A DNA stretch of 64,000 nucleotides from a virus. Below, piece by piece: positions 1-11,072 of this stretch. The notes beneath the pieces are model-generated. The model ran no database searches and was not told the origin of the DNA. It saw only the letters and a list, made by a program, of their open reading frames with translations. Every line of letters begins with the position of its first letter. The first letter of the stretch is position 1. The position numbers and the translations under genes were made by a program. The stretch lies in the IMG/VR virus record IMGVR_UViG_3300046171_000284, positions 6,908-70,907 of that record, one strand, 5' to 3'.

Positions 1-1
1 T

Positions 2-2239
2 GAGGCACAGTACATCTCAAATGCCCCAACAGCACCAAGTTATCCGCTCTATTTAAGAGGGGTTAATCAGGACGCATTTTCTAATATCAATAATTACGAT
101 CAGTATAAAAACGATGACTCAGTACATATAATTTTTGATAAGTGGAATATTGAACAAGAAAAAACTCCAAGAGTTAATAATGACTCGGATTTTCCTAGAA
201 ATTATTACAGAAGCTACTACACAATCTCCGCATTAAGAAGTCAGTGGGAGATACAAAACTATTGGGATGGGTATTCACAAAATAGTACTGATTATAAATA
301 CCTCCCGGAATCTGAGGCAGAGGCTGAAGCAAAAGGAATGACCGCTTATTCTCCCCGTTACAGACATTATGAATATCCTCGCGGGGTAGACATAAGACAT
401 AAGGGTATAATATTTCCCTCAATAATAAACGAAGCAGGGGGGTATAATGAATACGCTATTTGGGAAACAATGACTTACTTAGGGGAAAGAGATACTGATG
501 ACCTGCAATCCACAATAGGCGCTGGAACTGTTTGGCAAATGTGGAAATGGAAAAACTACAATAATCTTGGAGGTATTGATAATTGGGCGATGGGAAAATA
601 TCCATGTTGGTATCTTAGTAGGTACGAAAAATCTCTATACAGCACCGACCCTAATTTTCCACGAGTTTACCAACTAAAACACTATTTCTTAATAGCTGAT
701 CCTGATGGTAGTTACCGCCTACAGGGATACACTTCAGGCATTGAGACAAATAGCTCAAGTAATATGTCAGGAAGAAGTGAAAGAATATTAGATATTGAAC
801 TAGGAACTAATTTTTGGGGCGTTACAGCCGGAAAAACGGTAGACTCGGACGGCAATAAGGATTTCGTGTTTTTAACACCTGAACCAAAATTCAGCACTAA
901 TTTTACAAGAGCCAATCAGGAAAGTGCATTGTTTTTTGATGATGTACTTCCTTACAGCGGGGATGGATATCAGCTAATAGAAGGTAAGTACTACAGGGAA
1001 ACGACATTTCATATTAGTCCATTAATGTTGGATACAGATTCAAGTGAGCAAAACACCTCACTAACGCCCGGCTCGCCAACAGGTCTTAGCTTCGAATTAG
1101 AGTACGACTCTGATTTTAAACCTAGCAATCCAACGGGGTTAGAGGGTGCTCTCAGACTTGATGATAACACAGTTCCGGGAAGTGGTGGGGATACGATAAA
1201 CAACCTATATATCCGTCCCATGTACAATTTAGACCCTAGTGATCTCAGAGTAGTAACTAGTGCTCATAGACGAGACATAGATGATGCAATTGAATATGTT
1301 TCGAAATTATTGAATACAAAATCAGAACCTTGGGAGATTAGAGTACAAATATATTTGTATGGCAGTGACGCGCTAAGAGAGTATGGGAATAATGCATATG
1401 AGGATTCTGATGGACCCCAAGGAACATTAGCGGGTGCGTCTCTTACGGGGGTTGGAAATTCCCGGAACAATGATCTATTTCATGTAGGATTTGACGATAA
1501 AAAATACTTAAGAGTACGGCAAGGAATAGTAATTCTTGACCCCGCAGATTTACAAAATAGTAAAGATGACAACGGTAATACTGTACTTGCAACTTTTAGT
1601 AATACTCAAGGTAAGCAATTTATAGACTCAACTAAGTACGGAACATACCTGTACTTCACTATGATCCATGAATTACTTCATATGCTTGGATTTAGTGATA
1701 GAATGTTCTTCGCTGAAAAACATTTAGGTTTGAGAGAAAACAGAGATGATATCTATCCGAACAGAGATTTAGTAGTGCCAACAGATCCCTTCAAAGGGTA
1801 TATGTATGCAGGTACAAATGGGTTACATGAGTGGAACCAACTCACAGGTGTAAATACAACTGTCGGTACTCCTATGGGTAGTGTGGCAATACTAGATGAA
1901 ACTCTTGGATGGAGAGAATATGACCATCCCGGACACTATGTAATGGACTTTAACGAAAACGATTACGGAATAACGGGGTTACGCGTACACTATGTAAACG
2001 GGATTCAGTGCCTTGCGAGGAAAGACCCCTCTTCAAACAATCGTTATTTCTTAATGAATAGGTACGAAATAATGAACCGAATAAAGTACACAACTGAAGA
2101 TGTCCCGTTTAACCTCAGACAGCCCCCCTTTGTAAGCCCGGTAACCGCAGGGATCATGAATGATGTCGGGTGGATAGTGGATCGCGATCTCATACATAAC
2201 CAATATAACGATCCGCAATATTGGGTTTATAACTTCTAA
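2..2239 (+). CDS. 5'-truncated virion-associated protein with C-terminal zincin (leishmanolysin/M8-like) metallopeptidase domain
   Basis: Frame is open from base 2 into the listed ORF at 338. Contains HELLHMLGF (HExxH), a downstream His, EIM (possible Met-turn) and VSPVTAGIMNDVGW, resembling the M8 C-terminus. Confidence 0.65.
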   Translation, partial: EAQYISNAPTAPSYPLYLRGVNQDAFSNINNYDQYKNDDSVHIIFDKWNIEQEKTPRVNNDSDFPRNYYRSYYTISALRSQWEIQNYWDGYSQNSTDYKYLPESEAEAEAKGMTAYSPRYRHYEYPRGVDIRHKGIIFPSIINEAGGYNEYAIWETMTYLGERDTDDLQSTIGAGTVWQMWKWKNYNNLGGIDNWAMGKYPCWYLSRYEKSLYSTDPNFPRVYQLKHYFLIADPDGSYRLQGYTSGIETNSSSNMSGRSERILDIELGTNFWGVTAGKTVDSDGNKDFVFLTPEPKFSTNFTRANQESALFFDDVLPYSGDGYQLIEGKYYRETTFHISPLMLDTDSSEQNTSLTPGSPTGLSFELEYDSDFKPSNPTGLEGALRLDDNTVPGSGGDTINNLYIRPMYNLDPSDLRVVTSAHRRDIDDAIEYVSKLLNTKSEPWEIRVQIYLYGSDALREYGNNAYEDSDGPQGTLAGASLTGVGNSRNNDLFHVGFDDKKYLRVRQGIVILDPADLQNSKDDNGNTVLATFSNTQGKQFIDSTKYGTYLYFTMIHELLHMLGFSDRMFFAEKHLGLRENRDDIYPNRDLVVPTDPFKGYMYAGTNGLHEWNQLTGVNTTVGTPMGSVAILDETLGWREYDHPGHYVMDFNENDYGITGLRVHYVNGIQCLARKDPSSNNRYFLMNRYEIMNRIKYTTEDVPFNLRQPPFVSPVTAGIMNDVGWIVDRDLIHNQYNDPQYWVYNF

Positions 2240-2283
2240 TACAATCGTTTGAAAACTAAACCTAAAAAATAGAGAATAGAAAT
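2240..2283 (+). promoter_or_regulatory. putative late promoter TACAATCG-N24-GAGAAT-N6-ATG
   Basis: Same geometry as the copies at 27241, 53842, 59803 and 62850. Confidence 0.6.
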
Positions 2284-2601
2284 ATGGCAACAGTAACTTT
2301 AAATTGGAATCAACCGAGCGAAACGCTTGGTGGAGTAGCAACGGGGTATGATGTGTGGAGAAGAGAGATAACAGGTAGTTTCTCTTTACCTACAGGTGTA
2401 GTCAACTCTGACTCAAACGGAGACATATCAGGTTGGAGTAAGGTGAGCGGTAGTACCCCAATCAGTCCTACTTCTTATGCGGACGGTAGTCTCGATAGCG
2501 GAACTTCGTCCTATGCATACACCGTGACCGCAAGTAATACGGGCGGATATTCTGACGGATGTGTTCCTGTAAGTGTTTCAGGACTAAAAGCGGGATCTTA
2601 A
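2284..2601 (+). CDS. small fibronectin type III-like virion protein
   Basis: VTLNWNQP...GYDVWR...SYAD...YAYTVTASNTGGYS is the FN3 pattern; paralogue at 53886. Confidence 0.7.
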   Translation: MATVTLNWNQPSETLGGVATGYDVWRREITGSFSLPTGVVNSDSNGDISGWSKVSGSTPISPTSYADGSLDSGTSSYAYTVTASNTGGYSDGCVPVSVSGLKAGS

Positions 2602-2624
2602 AACAGTGGTAGACCCATTTCCTT

Positions 2625-4976
2625 ATGGGACCTACTATTCATAGTCGATCTTTCCCCGGACACTGCGTAGCATCTACTAACGATTGGCTTGAAAGCCGAA
2701 ATCGTCAGTACGAGTACGATATAGACTGCGGTTTTTGGACGAGGATTCAGGGATCGAATCAGTATGCTTGCTATAATCAGGAAGAGGGGATACCTGCGTA
2801 CAACTCGATATCCCTTATTTTTGATTTTGTTGACGATAGACCAAGTCAGACACATGTTTTAGAGCGACAAATTTGCGGTCCTTGCGTGTACTTTAATGAC
2901 TACTTTGCCCTATTTTTTCAAGGGTATCAGATATTATTAGTTGGTACAGGAAACGATCAACTGCAAGGTTTTGTTCAGCATGGATCTGATGGACCCGGAA
3001 CAGGAGGGTACGGAGACGAAATTGAACCACCGCCATTCATGGGTCACCCATATCCCGTACTGCCTCACCGATACTACGCAAATACTTTAGACGAACTAAT
3101 TCAGCTAGTTAACAAATATATTAATCATGAAAATCTATCTTACCCAAACGGGATTAGATGGTTTCCGAATGGAGGGAAAACGCCGACTTGGGGGTTAGGG
3201 GAGGAGGCGTACAGGGTAAGATACGAACTGCCCGACCCGTCAACCTACTTACCACTACACGCTAGAGGAAACGATGGTAGTAAAGTAAGAGGAGATATTT
3301 TTCGAAAAAGCATTGCGGGATGGGACTTTGTAAAAGGTAGTGGTAATCCGCACAGCTTGGATGGAGGCGGTACAGCACTTTACAGGCATTACCCTCAGTA
3401 CGAAGTGCAGACGGGAATATACGAAAAGAGCGAACTAGATTCCGAACTACCGGCTAATGGAGCAAAGACGCTAGCTCAAAACGGTCAGATGTTTACCGAT
3501 GAAGACCCCACAGGGTCGTCAGGTCAGGTATGGGGAGACTTAGGATATACTTATTTTATTGGACTACCGAGATGGTCAAACTTTAGTGGTGCTAGATACA
3601 GACTAATATCCTCTAGTCACGGTCCCTTAAATTCGGGGGATGAAGTGGCTAAAGATATTTGGGTAATTCCTGATGACGGGAATCAAAAGGAGTGGAATAT
3701 TATAAACAGACCCGGAAATTTTAATTTTTACGGAGAATTGACAGAGTATTTCAGACCTAACCCTTTAGGGGATACAAATATGATTAAACCGTGCGTAAAA
3801 GCGTATAGTCAGGTAACTGTTAATAATGTCGAACCTGAATGGTACATTACACCGCCTGAAGAATTTTCGGTTATTCAGAGAATAGATGAGAATAGAGTTT
3901 CTGCTACAATATATAACGCTAAATCTTCTCCATTTATTCGTGAAAAAAATAATCTTACTGGCGCACAGACTAGGGAATTAAAGGAACACGAAGAGCTAAA
4001 CGGTGCATATAAAAATACCAATAAAATCGGTGTTACATATTACCCCAATGGAATTGAGGCATCGCCTTTTAAGTACCCGTTAGCATCGGGACTAGAAGAT
4101 GTTGTCCCTCATACAGGTCACGAAGCATTTGAAAAAGCTAATGAAGTATGGATACAGGACTGCATAGACACGGGGATAAAAGCACGATGCGGAAATAATC
4201 CTAATGATGAGGATGGATTTGGAGGTATAGACTATGTAATACCCGATATAGATGCCCCGCTACCTCCTTGGGAACTAACCGCGACAGTTGAACGAGACCC
4301 CGGTGAATTTATTGGAAGAGAAAATTATTCAGGTTGGTTATGGGATGAAAGAACGCAGAGTCTGTCGGGACCCTTCCTGAATGAAGATGTTACTGCACTT
4401 GCAACTAGGGATAACTCTAGTGAAATGTACTGCGTAACCTCAGAAAACAAAATTAAGCGTACAGATCTGCTAGATTTTAATGAGCCAAACTTTAAACCAT
4501 TTACTGATCCATTTACAAAAGAGGAATTAGCTAGTGAAATTGAGTTGGATGAGGGTATAATATTGTCATCAAAAGGACAGGGGTTTGCATATAAAAATAG
4601 ATTCTTACCGACCCCATTTGGAGAATTAACGCACGAACAGGGGGATGTAATTGAACCGCTCTATTTTAAGGATTCATACCTGTCAGTTATCGAAACAAAT
4701 TGGATACACCTCGGAGATGAGCATAATGAAAAACAGGTATATCGAGTAGACCTGTCATTTCATAAAAATTCATGCGGTCATTTATGGTGCTACATACAAA
4801 ATGACGAGGGTTTGGTAAAAGGGCAGTACAAGGGTGCGATTAAAGACCACTTAAAAGTATTTACTAACCTGAGAGGTAGAAGATTTAAAGTTAAATTACT
4901 AGTCGCAACACATAATGAACTGCCTTGGGCAATGCGTGAGATGTCAATCGGACATCTGTACGGAAAATCCTTCTAA
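2625..4976 (+). CDS. virion structural protein, tail-stabilisation-like C-terminus
   Basis: 783-aa ORF; C-terminal ETNWIHLGD...KQVYRV...RGRRFKVKL resembles podoviral tail tubular/stabilisation protein ends. Confidence 0.5.
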   Translation: MGPTIHSRSFPGHCVASTNDWLESRNRQYEYDIDCGFWTRIQGSNQYACYNQEEGIPAYNSISLIFDFVDDRPSQTHVLERQICGPCVYFNDYFALFFQGYQILLVGTGNDQLQGFVQHGSDGPGTGGYGDEIEPPPFMGHPYPVLPHRYYANTLDELIQLVNKYINHENLSYPNGIRWFPNGGKTPTWGLGEEAYRVRYELPDPSTYLPLHARGNDGSKVRGDIFRKSIAGWDFVKGSGNPHSLDGGGTALYRHYPQYEVQTGIYEKSELDSELPANGAKTLAQNGQMFTDEDPTGSSGQVWGDLGYTYFIGLPRWSNFSGARYRLISSSHGPLNSGDEVAKDIWVIPDDGNQKEWNIINRPGNFNFYGELTEYFRPNPLGDTNMIKPCVKAYSQVTVNNVEPEWYITPPEEFSVIQRIDENRVSATIYNAKSSPFIREKNNLTGAQTRELKEHEELNGAYKNTNKIGVTYYPNGIEASPFKYPLASGLEDVVPHTGHEAFEKANEVWIQDCIDTGIKARCGNNPNDEDGFGGIDYVIPDIDAPLPPWELTATVERDPGEFIGRENYSGWLWDERTQSLSGPFLNEDVTALATRDNSSEMYCVTSENKIKRTDLLDFNEPNFKPFTDPFTKEELASEIELDEGIILSSKGQGFAYKNRFLPTPFGELTHEQGDVIEPLYFKDSYLSVIETNWIHLGDEHNEKQVYRVDLSFHKNSCGHLWCYIQNDEGLVKGQYKGAIKDHLKVFTNLRGRRFKVKLLVATHNELPWAMREMSIGHLYGKSF

Positions 4977-6126
4977 GCGACCCATAAATTTAGGATGCTA
5001 CTATCATCCATTAGGTCTGTATAAAAATCATTTGTGGTCATAGCTGAGGCATGGCGCAAATTCTTTTGTGCATGGTACAAACTTTTTGTGCTAGCTAAAT
5101 ATGAACCGTACAATTTTCTACATTCGTGCATCGGTTTTCTCTGTCCCATCCAATAGATCGTAAATCTTTAAGCAATGGATCAAATGCAGTGCGTGGAGAT
5201 CGTGTGCTTAACAGATAATCAAAAGACTGAGACTGATCTAATATCTTGTCTGCAATGACGGAGGAGCCGGAGGCGTATCCGTCCTCATCTGCCTTAACTA
5301 GAAACTCACGCTCAGTAAAGACTCCGATCCGTGTTACACCATCTTTGCTTTCCTCAAACCAATCACGCCTAGAATTGAGAACCTCGTTTCTTCTAAGACC
5401 AAAACAAAGTGCTAAAGCTAGAGCGATATAATGGTCAGGTTTTTGGTCTTCATAGCTCTCCAAAAGCTCAAAAGTTTTAAGAACTAGTTCAGGAGGTGGA
5501 AGGCGGTATGTCTTCTTAACACGCTTAAACTTTGTAGCACTAAGCAACACTTCAGCGTTGGATACATCCCAATCAGGGTACATCTTCATAGCGTCTTTTG
5601 AGAAAACACTTCTAGCACATTGGATCTGACTATTAATAGACCGCTTCGCACTTTTAATCTTATCCTCATCAACTACGCCTTCTAGCCTTAGTTTTTTGTA
5701 ATCTGATATAACGAAGTCATTCAGATCAGAAAGACATATACTGTCCAACTTCTTGCCCGTACCCTTAACAGCAATCGACCTAAGAGCGACAAGGTATGAC
5801 TTAACCGTCTCCCGACTTATGCCAATATCGGTAGGGGCTAAGGACTCGAACCTTTCCATGATTTCCGTAATCATTGGTACTGACTTATGTCCCAACACCT
5901 TCCGTCCGTTTGGTCTGAAATGCTGAACAACATCTTCAATCGGATGAACCATGCAATGAGCATCAATTTCGTCTGCCATTGTTTTTGACTCTGAAATGAC
6001 AGGACTGAGTGGAAAATAATATCGTTTCCCCCTGACTTGCTTCATGCACATCCATCGTCTAGATGTGGGCGTTTTTTTATATATTCTATTACCTCGTTTT
6101 GTGTAAGTGGTATATTTTTGGCTCAT
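4973..6126 (-). CDS. int: tyrosine integrase (one frameshift near 5135)
   Basis: GLRRNE (catalytic R) in ORF 5095-6126. After a shift in the A-run of AGAGAAAAC the frame continues PMHECRKLYG...KNLRHAS...DFY to TAG at 4973, supplying HxxR, H and Y. Confidence 0.85.
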
Positions 6127-6221
6127 TTTGATTTTTCTTGTGTAGGTATGTTATACGGGATAAAATCACAAGAGTCCGATGAAAGCTGAAAATAGTACTA
6201 CATATAGTAACTCAGATAGGA

Positions 6222-6261
6222 ATCCTTAGTCTAGCGCGTCTACCAATTCCGCCACCTGAGC
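6222..6261 (-). other. attP core: 5' half of tRNA-Leu, anticodon AAG
   Basis: Minus strand reads GCTCAGGTGGCGGAATTGGTAGACGCGCTAGACTAAGGAT: acceptor 5' strand, D arm, anticodon 5' stem and loop, then diverges. Lies about 95 bp upstream of the integrase. Confidence 0.8.
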
Positions 6262-6323
6262 ATTTGTCTTACATTCAACGACTTGCGTATACGGACATAG
6301 TGTGAAATGATGTTAAAAGTGCA

Positions 6324-6350
6324 TTGGGTCAGTTTTGGGTCACTTGGTCA
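6324..6350 (+). repeat. three tandem TTG(G)GTCA repeats, putative integrase arm-type sites
   Basis: TTGGGTCA at 6324 and 6335, TTGGTCA at 6344, adjacent to the att core. Confidence 0.55.
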
Positions 6351-6370
6351 ACATTAAAAAATATTAGATT

Positions 6371-6628
6371 ATGGCGAAATATTTGGACTCTTCGGAGAAG
6401 GTCGAAAAACCATTGTTAAACGCAGTCGGAAGACAATCACAGCAAATTGTGGATGAACTATTACCGCAAATTAGGCTAGCATCTTTAGAGAATAATGGTG
6501 CTTGTATGCTCGATCTGAAAATCGGATTTGAGTTCGCGGAAGACGGTGAGTCCGTCACAATTGCGAGTGAAGGATTGGTAAATTTTCCGGCAAAACGGGC
6601 ATACGCTGAAGAAACATCAGGTGAATAA
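6371..6628 (+). CDS. hypothetical protein
   Basis: 85-aa ORF divergent from the integrase and overlapping the next ORF. Confidence 0.6.
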   Translation: MAKYLDSSEKVEKPLLNAVGRQSQQIVDELLPQIRLASLENNGACMLDLKIGFEFAEDGESVTIASEGLVNFPAKRAYAEETSGE

Positions 6629-7019
6629 CCATATACTAGATTCGCTCGGTCTTACTAAGGAGCAAGTTCAGCAAGCTCTAGGTCTTGAGGATAGCCCAAA
6701 AACAGTTGTTGAAAAAAAGAATTATCTATTTGCACAGGATCAGCGGAGAATCAGAAGGAGACTTAAAGACTATAAAAACTTTATAATCGTAAGATTCATG
6801 GAAGGGTACAAGCCTAAACAGATTGCCAAGATGCTGAATGTGTCCGAAGAGTCGATACGCAGTAGACTGCGACAACAGAAACTTTTTGGTAAGAATAAAA
6901 AGGCGGGAAGACCTAAGAGCAAATCTTCCAAACAGTCCTGTTCCCACCCTTCATCGACCGTTCAAGACCACTCATTCCTTGTAGAAACAATTTATTTAAA
7001 CCAATCCCTAGCGATGTAG
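6621..7019 (+). CDS. helix-turn-helix DNA-binding protein
   Basis: YKPKQIAKMLNVSEESIRSRL HTH. The 3' part overlaps the convergent primase gene, so the true end is uncertain. Confidence 0.6.
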   Translation: MNNHILDSLGLTKEQVQQALGLEDSPKTVVEKKNYLFAQDQRRIRRRLKDYKNFIIVRFMEGYKPKQIAKMLNVSEESIRSRLRQQKLFGKNKKAGRPKSKSSKQSCSHPSSTVQDHSFLVETIYLNQSLAM

Positions 7020-9027
7020 GGTTAAGCTGACGAGTCAAGGCGCGAGCACCCTCACCTTCGGCAAGTCGAATTATATCACCCGCAGTACCTTCCCACTCTC
7101 CATTTCTACCGGGGATGTCAGGGTCGGAAAACTTAGTCTTAATCCAATCAATAATAGCGATGAATGTTTCCAACTCTCCACTTTGTCGGTGGAGCATACG
7201 GATTTTTTCATTGATATAAGGCTTTATTCCAAACCGAACAGAAGCCAATTCTTCAGGCGTTTCGTGGTTGTATAACCAACCTGCAAAATAAGGTAGTTCT
7301 AACATAACTTGGTCTTTAAATTCGCGAGTAAAATGTGGCTTATAGTGGTCAAACACTTCAAAAACCATCAGCTTATCGTTGATGCTCATGCTCAGATCAG
7401 GAAGCATACGGATGTCTTCGGGGTCGGTGTTTAAACTGACTGACAATCTGCCTCGCCAAAATACGCGACCACCTTTTTTAAACTTAGCGTTTATGTAAAA
7501 TTCGTCATTGGCGACAAACTCCTTAATCATGGAAGTGTATTCATCCAATTTTTTCTTGTCGGATGCAGGACTACCATCATCAATCGTCCATAAACCGCAT
7601 TCAAAAAGGTAGTCATTAAAAGTCGTCTTACCTAAAAAGTAATCAGAGCATTTCATGTTACCGCCAAACAAGCCACCGAGCACACTAATATTATACACCG
7701 TTTTACCGCAATCTTTGGGACCACAAAGGAACTGAGCTTGTCCTTTTTGAGGGTCGCCTATCAACGCATTTTGGTAAGCATAAGCCAACCACGCCATAGC
7801 GTAGGGTAACTGCTCCTTGCCAAACATCATACTCAACCATTTTGCGGTGACAGGAAAATCCTGACCCCACTCAGTTATGTCGGGAGCAGGTTGCATAGGT
7901 CTGACGGTTGCCGTGTTGAAGTACTGCTTTCCGTGGAAATCCACGATATTTCGCTTATCGTAAACAAACGGAAGTAGTCCCTCAACCGACTTCTGATCCT
8001 CAATAGTAAAAACTGCTTTGTTAACTTCGGAGGGACCCCCTCGGCGAGGGCGGTTTCCATTTAATCCGTGACGGCAAACTAGTGCTAAGGTCAGACTTTC
8101 CTTTGACATCACCCTGTAATCTTCCTCAACGGCATAAACATAGTCCCGTCCATCAAACCAATATGGAGCAATCGCGCCACCAATCTTGTCGTCCTCAAAT
8201 TGACGAACAAATTCATGACCTAAAATCTCAGACCATGAGTAAAAGTTTTTATCAGCGACATCGGTGAAGGTAGTGATGCCTTCAGGTCGAACAATACACC
8301 CATTGGTATTGACGCTTTGAACATCTCCCCAAAAATAACGGCATCGCGACCCGTTCTGCATACCTGTCAATTCACCCGGATATTGCTTCTCCATTTCCTC
8401 AGCAATACGCTCCATTGGAATGGCGACATCAGAACTAGCGTAGTCCTCAGACTTAGATGTTTCATACATCCAATGATAAATCGAAGTCAGTTTAATTCTA
8501 TTGTCATGCACCTTTTTCCAATTCGATCCGACACTATAATAATCATACAGATTCTTGAATGCCGACTCATCGAAACCTCGACCAATATCGTTCAATCTCA
8601 ACTCCTTTTTTACCTTAGTAAGAAATCTGTTAAGGTGGGTTTTTTCAGGAACGACTATAGCTTCCTCAAATAAATAAACTGCATGAACTCCGCCTGAGAA
8701 TGAACGGCAAACATAGTTCGGAACAAATGATTGCTCCAAGGCTACGGACATAAACTGCTTAAACTCATCATCATCTCGCTTGCCGTCATAGTCAGCTACG
8801 ATCCCATAAAGTTTGTTCGGCTTGTTCTCTTTTGATAACCCTAAATTAGGAACTGATCCTTCAACTAAACTATACAGGCATGTATCTGAATTAGCTTTGC
8901 ACTCCCACTCACGATACTCTCGTTTGTCGGTAAATTCGGGGAAATGGTCTGTGTTAAATTCCCAAGGGTTTTGGCGTGAAACTACGGTTGATTGTCTATT
9001 GGGTATGGTGAATAATCCTTCGGTCAT
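6913..9027 (-). CDS. primase-helicase (primase-like N-terminus, SF3/D5-like NTPase)
   Basis: ADYD and SFSGGVH primase-type motifs; Walker A GPKDCGKT; Walker B WTIDD; INAKF. Confidence 0.8.
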   Translation of the reverse strand: MTEGLFTIPNRQSTVVSRQNPWEFNTDHFPEFTDKREYREWECKANSDTCLYSLVEGSVPNLGLSKENKPNKLYGIVADYDGKRDDDEFKQFMSVALEQSFVPNYVCRSFSGGVHAVYLFEEAIVVPEKTHLNRFLTKVKKELRLNDIGRGFDESAFKNLYDYYSVGSNWKKVHDNRIKLTSIYHWMYETSKSEDYASSDVAIPMERIAEEMEKQYPGELTGMQNGSRCRYFWGDVQSVNTNGCIVRPEGITTFTDVADKNFYSWSEILGHEFVRQFEDDKIGGAIAPYWFDGRDYVYAVEEDYRVMSKESLTLALVCRHGLNGNRPRRGGPSEVNKAVFTIEDQKSVEGLLPFVYDKRNIVDFHGKQYFNTATVRPMQPAPDITEWGQDFPVTAKWLSMMFGKEQLPYAMAWLAYAYQNALIGDPQKGQAQFLCGPKDCGKTVYNISVLGGLFGGNMKCSDYFLGKTTFNDYLFECGLWTIDDGSPASDKKKLDEYTSMIKEFVANDEFYINAKFKKGGRVFWRGRLSVSLNTDPEDIRMLPDLSMSINDKLMVFEVFDHYKPHFTREFKDQVMLELPYFAGWLYNHETPEELASVRFGIKPYINEKIRMLHRQSGELETFIAIIDWIKTKFSDPDIPGRNGEWEGTAGDIIRLAEGEGARALTRQLNPTSLGIGLNKLFLQGMSGLERSMKGGNRTVWKICS

Positions 9028-9030
9028 CTT

Positions 9031-10972
9031 CTATTTTGTGTACATTTTTGAAATTTGATATTCCGCTCCTAACGGAAGTTTGTCGCCAATCCATTCAGGT
9101 GGCGTTGACATTATCTTTTTTATATCTTCCGCGCTATCCTTTGCATTTTCCTCATCAACGAGGACGATTGCTTCATCATGAACATGCATGACTACATCGT
9201 AACCTGCCTCATCTAATTTCAGCAAGCAGTTGCCAAAAACGGATCGCGCTTCTCTTTGAATTTGATTCTCAACAATCTTGGGACCATAGTACCAACTACG
9301 CTTGCGGTCACCCCTTCGAGTCTTGCAAGATCTGCCGTTAAGCTCAGGTCGGATGTTGAAATATTTTAGTTTTTCTCCGTTAAGTAATGGTAATTCAAGG
9401 ACATCCTCAGCAGTCTTGTACCTACGCTCATAGTCTTTCCACAGTCGGCAAAGTTTGCCATTTGAAGCTCTAAAATTCGACACCTGAGTATACGCATTTA
9501 CCCAATGCCTTTTTGTGCAATCGTCCAAGTCTTTCCACATAGCCAACTTGTCTTTCGCGTAGTCAGATATGAATGTTCCGAACTTAAACTCCTGTGCCTT
9601 GCTCGGTTCCTTATCCAAAATATCAAGCCTACCAAAATCGCGAACGGTTTCATAAAACCTAAACCATCCCGCACCATAGCCCAACGCAAGGACACGAACT
9701 TTCGCGAGTAAATACATGTCGGGATCTTCTTCCTTCAGGGGCGTACCCTCGTCCTCCCAACCCATTGTCGCAATCGCATGTGCCTCATACGGATTGTAAC
9801 CTTCCTTAAGCAGTTCAATCGTTTTAAAATCGCCAATGACTAAAAGCAAAAGCCGTGGTTCAATAGCACTAAGATCGCATATCACAAACACCTTACCTTT
9901 CGGAGCCTCAAGCATGTGCCGTAAATAAACTCCGTACTTCTCACCCCGTGGCATATTTTGTACATTAAAACCCGTGTCACCACTAAATCTAAGTGTCGAG
10001 TCAGCACCGCAATTACTTCATTGCCATAGCTGAGTCGAGTAATGCCGTCCTCCTCGTAACAACGAGCGATCATAGATTCTAATCGACTGATCTGAACATT
10101 GATTTTGCTGTAGTCAGCACATGCTTGGACGAAATCATGATCTTTGCCATACTTGGCAACCCATTCAGTAAAAGCCTCACTGCCTTGGGCTAGCGAGCCG
10201 GGCATCGGAACACCCGCTTTTTTACACTCGTCCGCCAAGCCTCGACGAGAAGTTGGCTTAAAATTCTGACGATACTTCGGATCGAACCGGTTTGTCCATT
10301 CAAGTTTCTGTAAAAAACCCCACCTAGTTTTATCTAAATCGTTCTTGCTTTCCTCCATGAGCTCGCGGTTTGCGGGAACTCCTTTCCAACCCATCATACG
10401 GGTCAAATGAGAAAGTTTAGCCTCATGCTCAGGAAAGTAATCTTTCAATCGCTGAAACAATTTCCAACACCACTTAGCATCGTCCTTGCCGTAAGCTAAA
10501 AGGTCACCCGCTTTACCCTCGCGGATAGCGTCATCCCATGTCCGACCTTTCATCCAATCTCGCATACCCTTGTCCATGTCGTGATCAAAGATTGCTTTTA
10601 ATGCACCCGCCAAACTTCTTGAAAAGTAATTGTAGGTAGCCATGTCCGCCGTACAATAAGTATCCATACCTAAAGCCCACTTGGGAGCAGTGCCTAACTC
10701 AACTGATCGGTGCAGTAGAGACCAATCAAATGACATATTGTGAGCGACTAAGCCGGAGGCGAAGTCCTTAGACGGTTAATTATATCCCAATCAAAGTCTT
10801 TTGGAGAGCCACCAAACCACAGTTCTTTGCCGTTTGGAAGCAGACCATAAACGGTAAGCATATACATACTGTCCTCGTTAAGTGCCTGAGCATACTGCCT
10901 AGCACCCATAGTCTGTATTGTAAGCTGATTGTTATATTCTGATTCATAATCAATAGCGAAAATATATTGCAT
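9031..10972 (-). CDS. polA: family A DNA polymerase, split into three ORFs by two frameshifts
   Basis: Exo I AIDYES (10748-10972); AHNMSFD and YGKDD exonuclease motifs (9882-10736 frame); motif A DLSAIEPR, motif B KVRVLALGYG, motif C VHDE (9031-9954). Confidence 0.9.
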
Positions 10973-10989
10973 AAATTTTTAAAAATTAT

Positions 10990-11032
10990 GCCCCACCACT
11001 AGGAACAATAACGAAAAACCTAGTGATGGGGC
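10990..11032 (-). terminator. hairpin, possible terminator between the SSB-like gene and polA
   Basis: GCCCCACCACTAGG...CCTAGTGATGGGGC stem followed by T-rich sequence on the minus strand. Confidence 0.5.
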
Positions 11033-11072
11033 GACCATCACACCAACACAGAGAAATTAACCGACAAATTCC

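Noticed and set aside
6222-6261. Functional phage tRNA-Leu gene
   Set aside because: The 3' anticodon stem, variable arm and T arm are absent; it is only a fragment.
9031-10972. Genuinely split or intron-containing DNA polymerase
   Set aside because: The pieces abut with 1-2 nt frame changes and no intervening sequence, in a region with many other indels; sequencing error is simpler.
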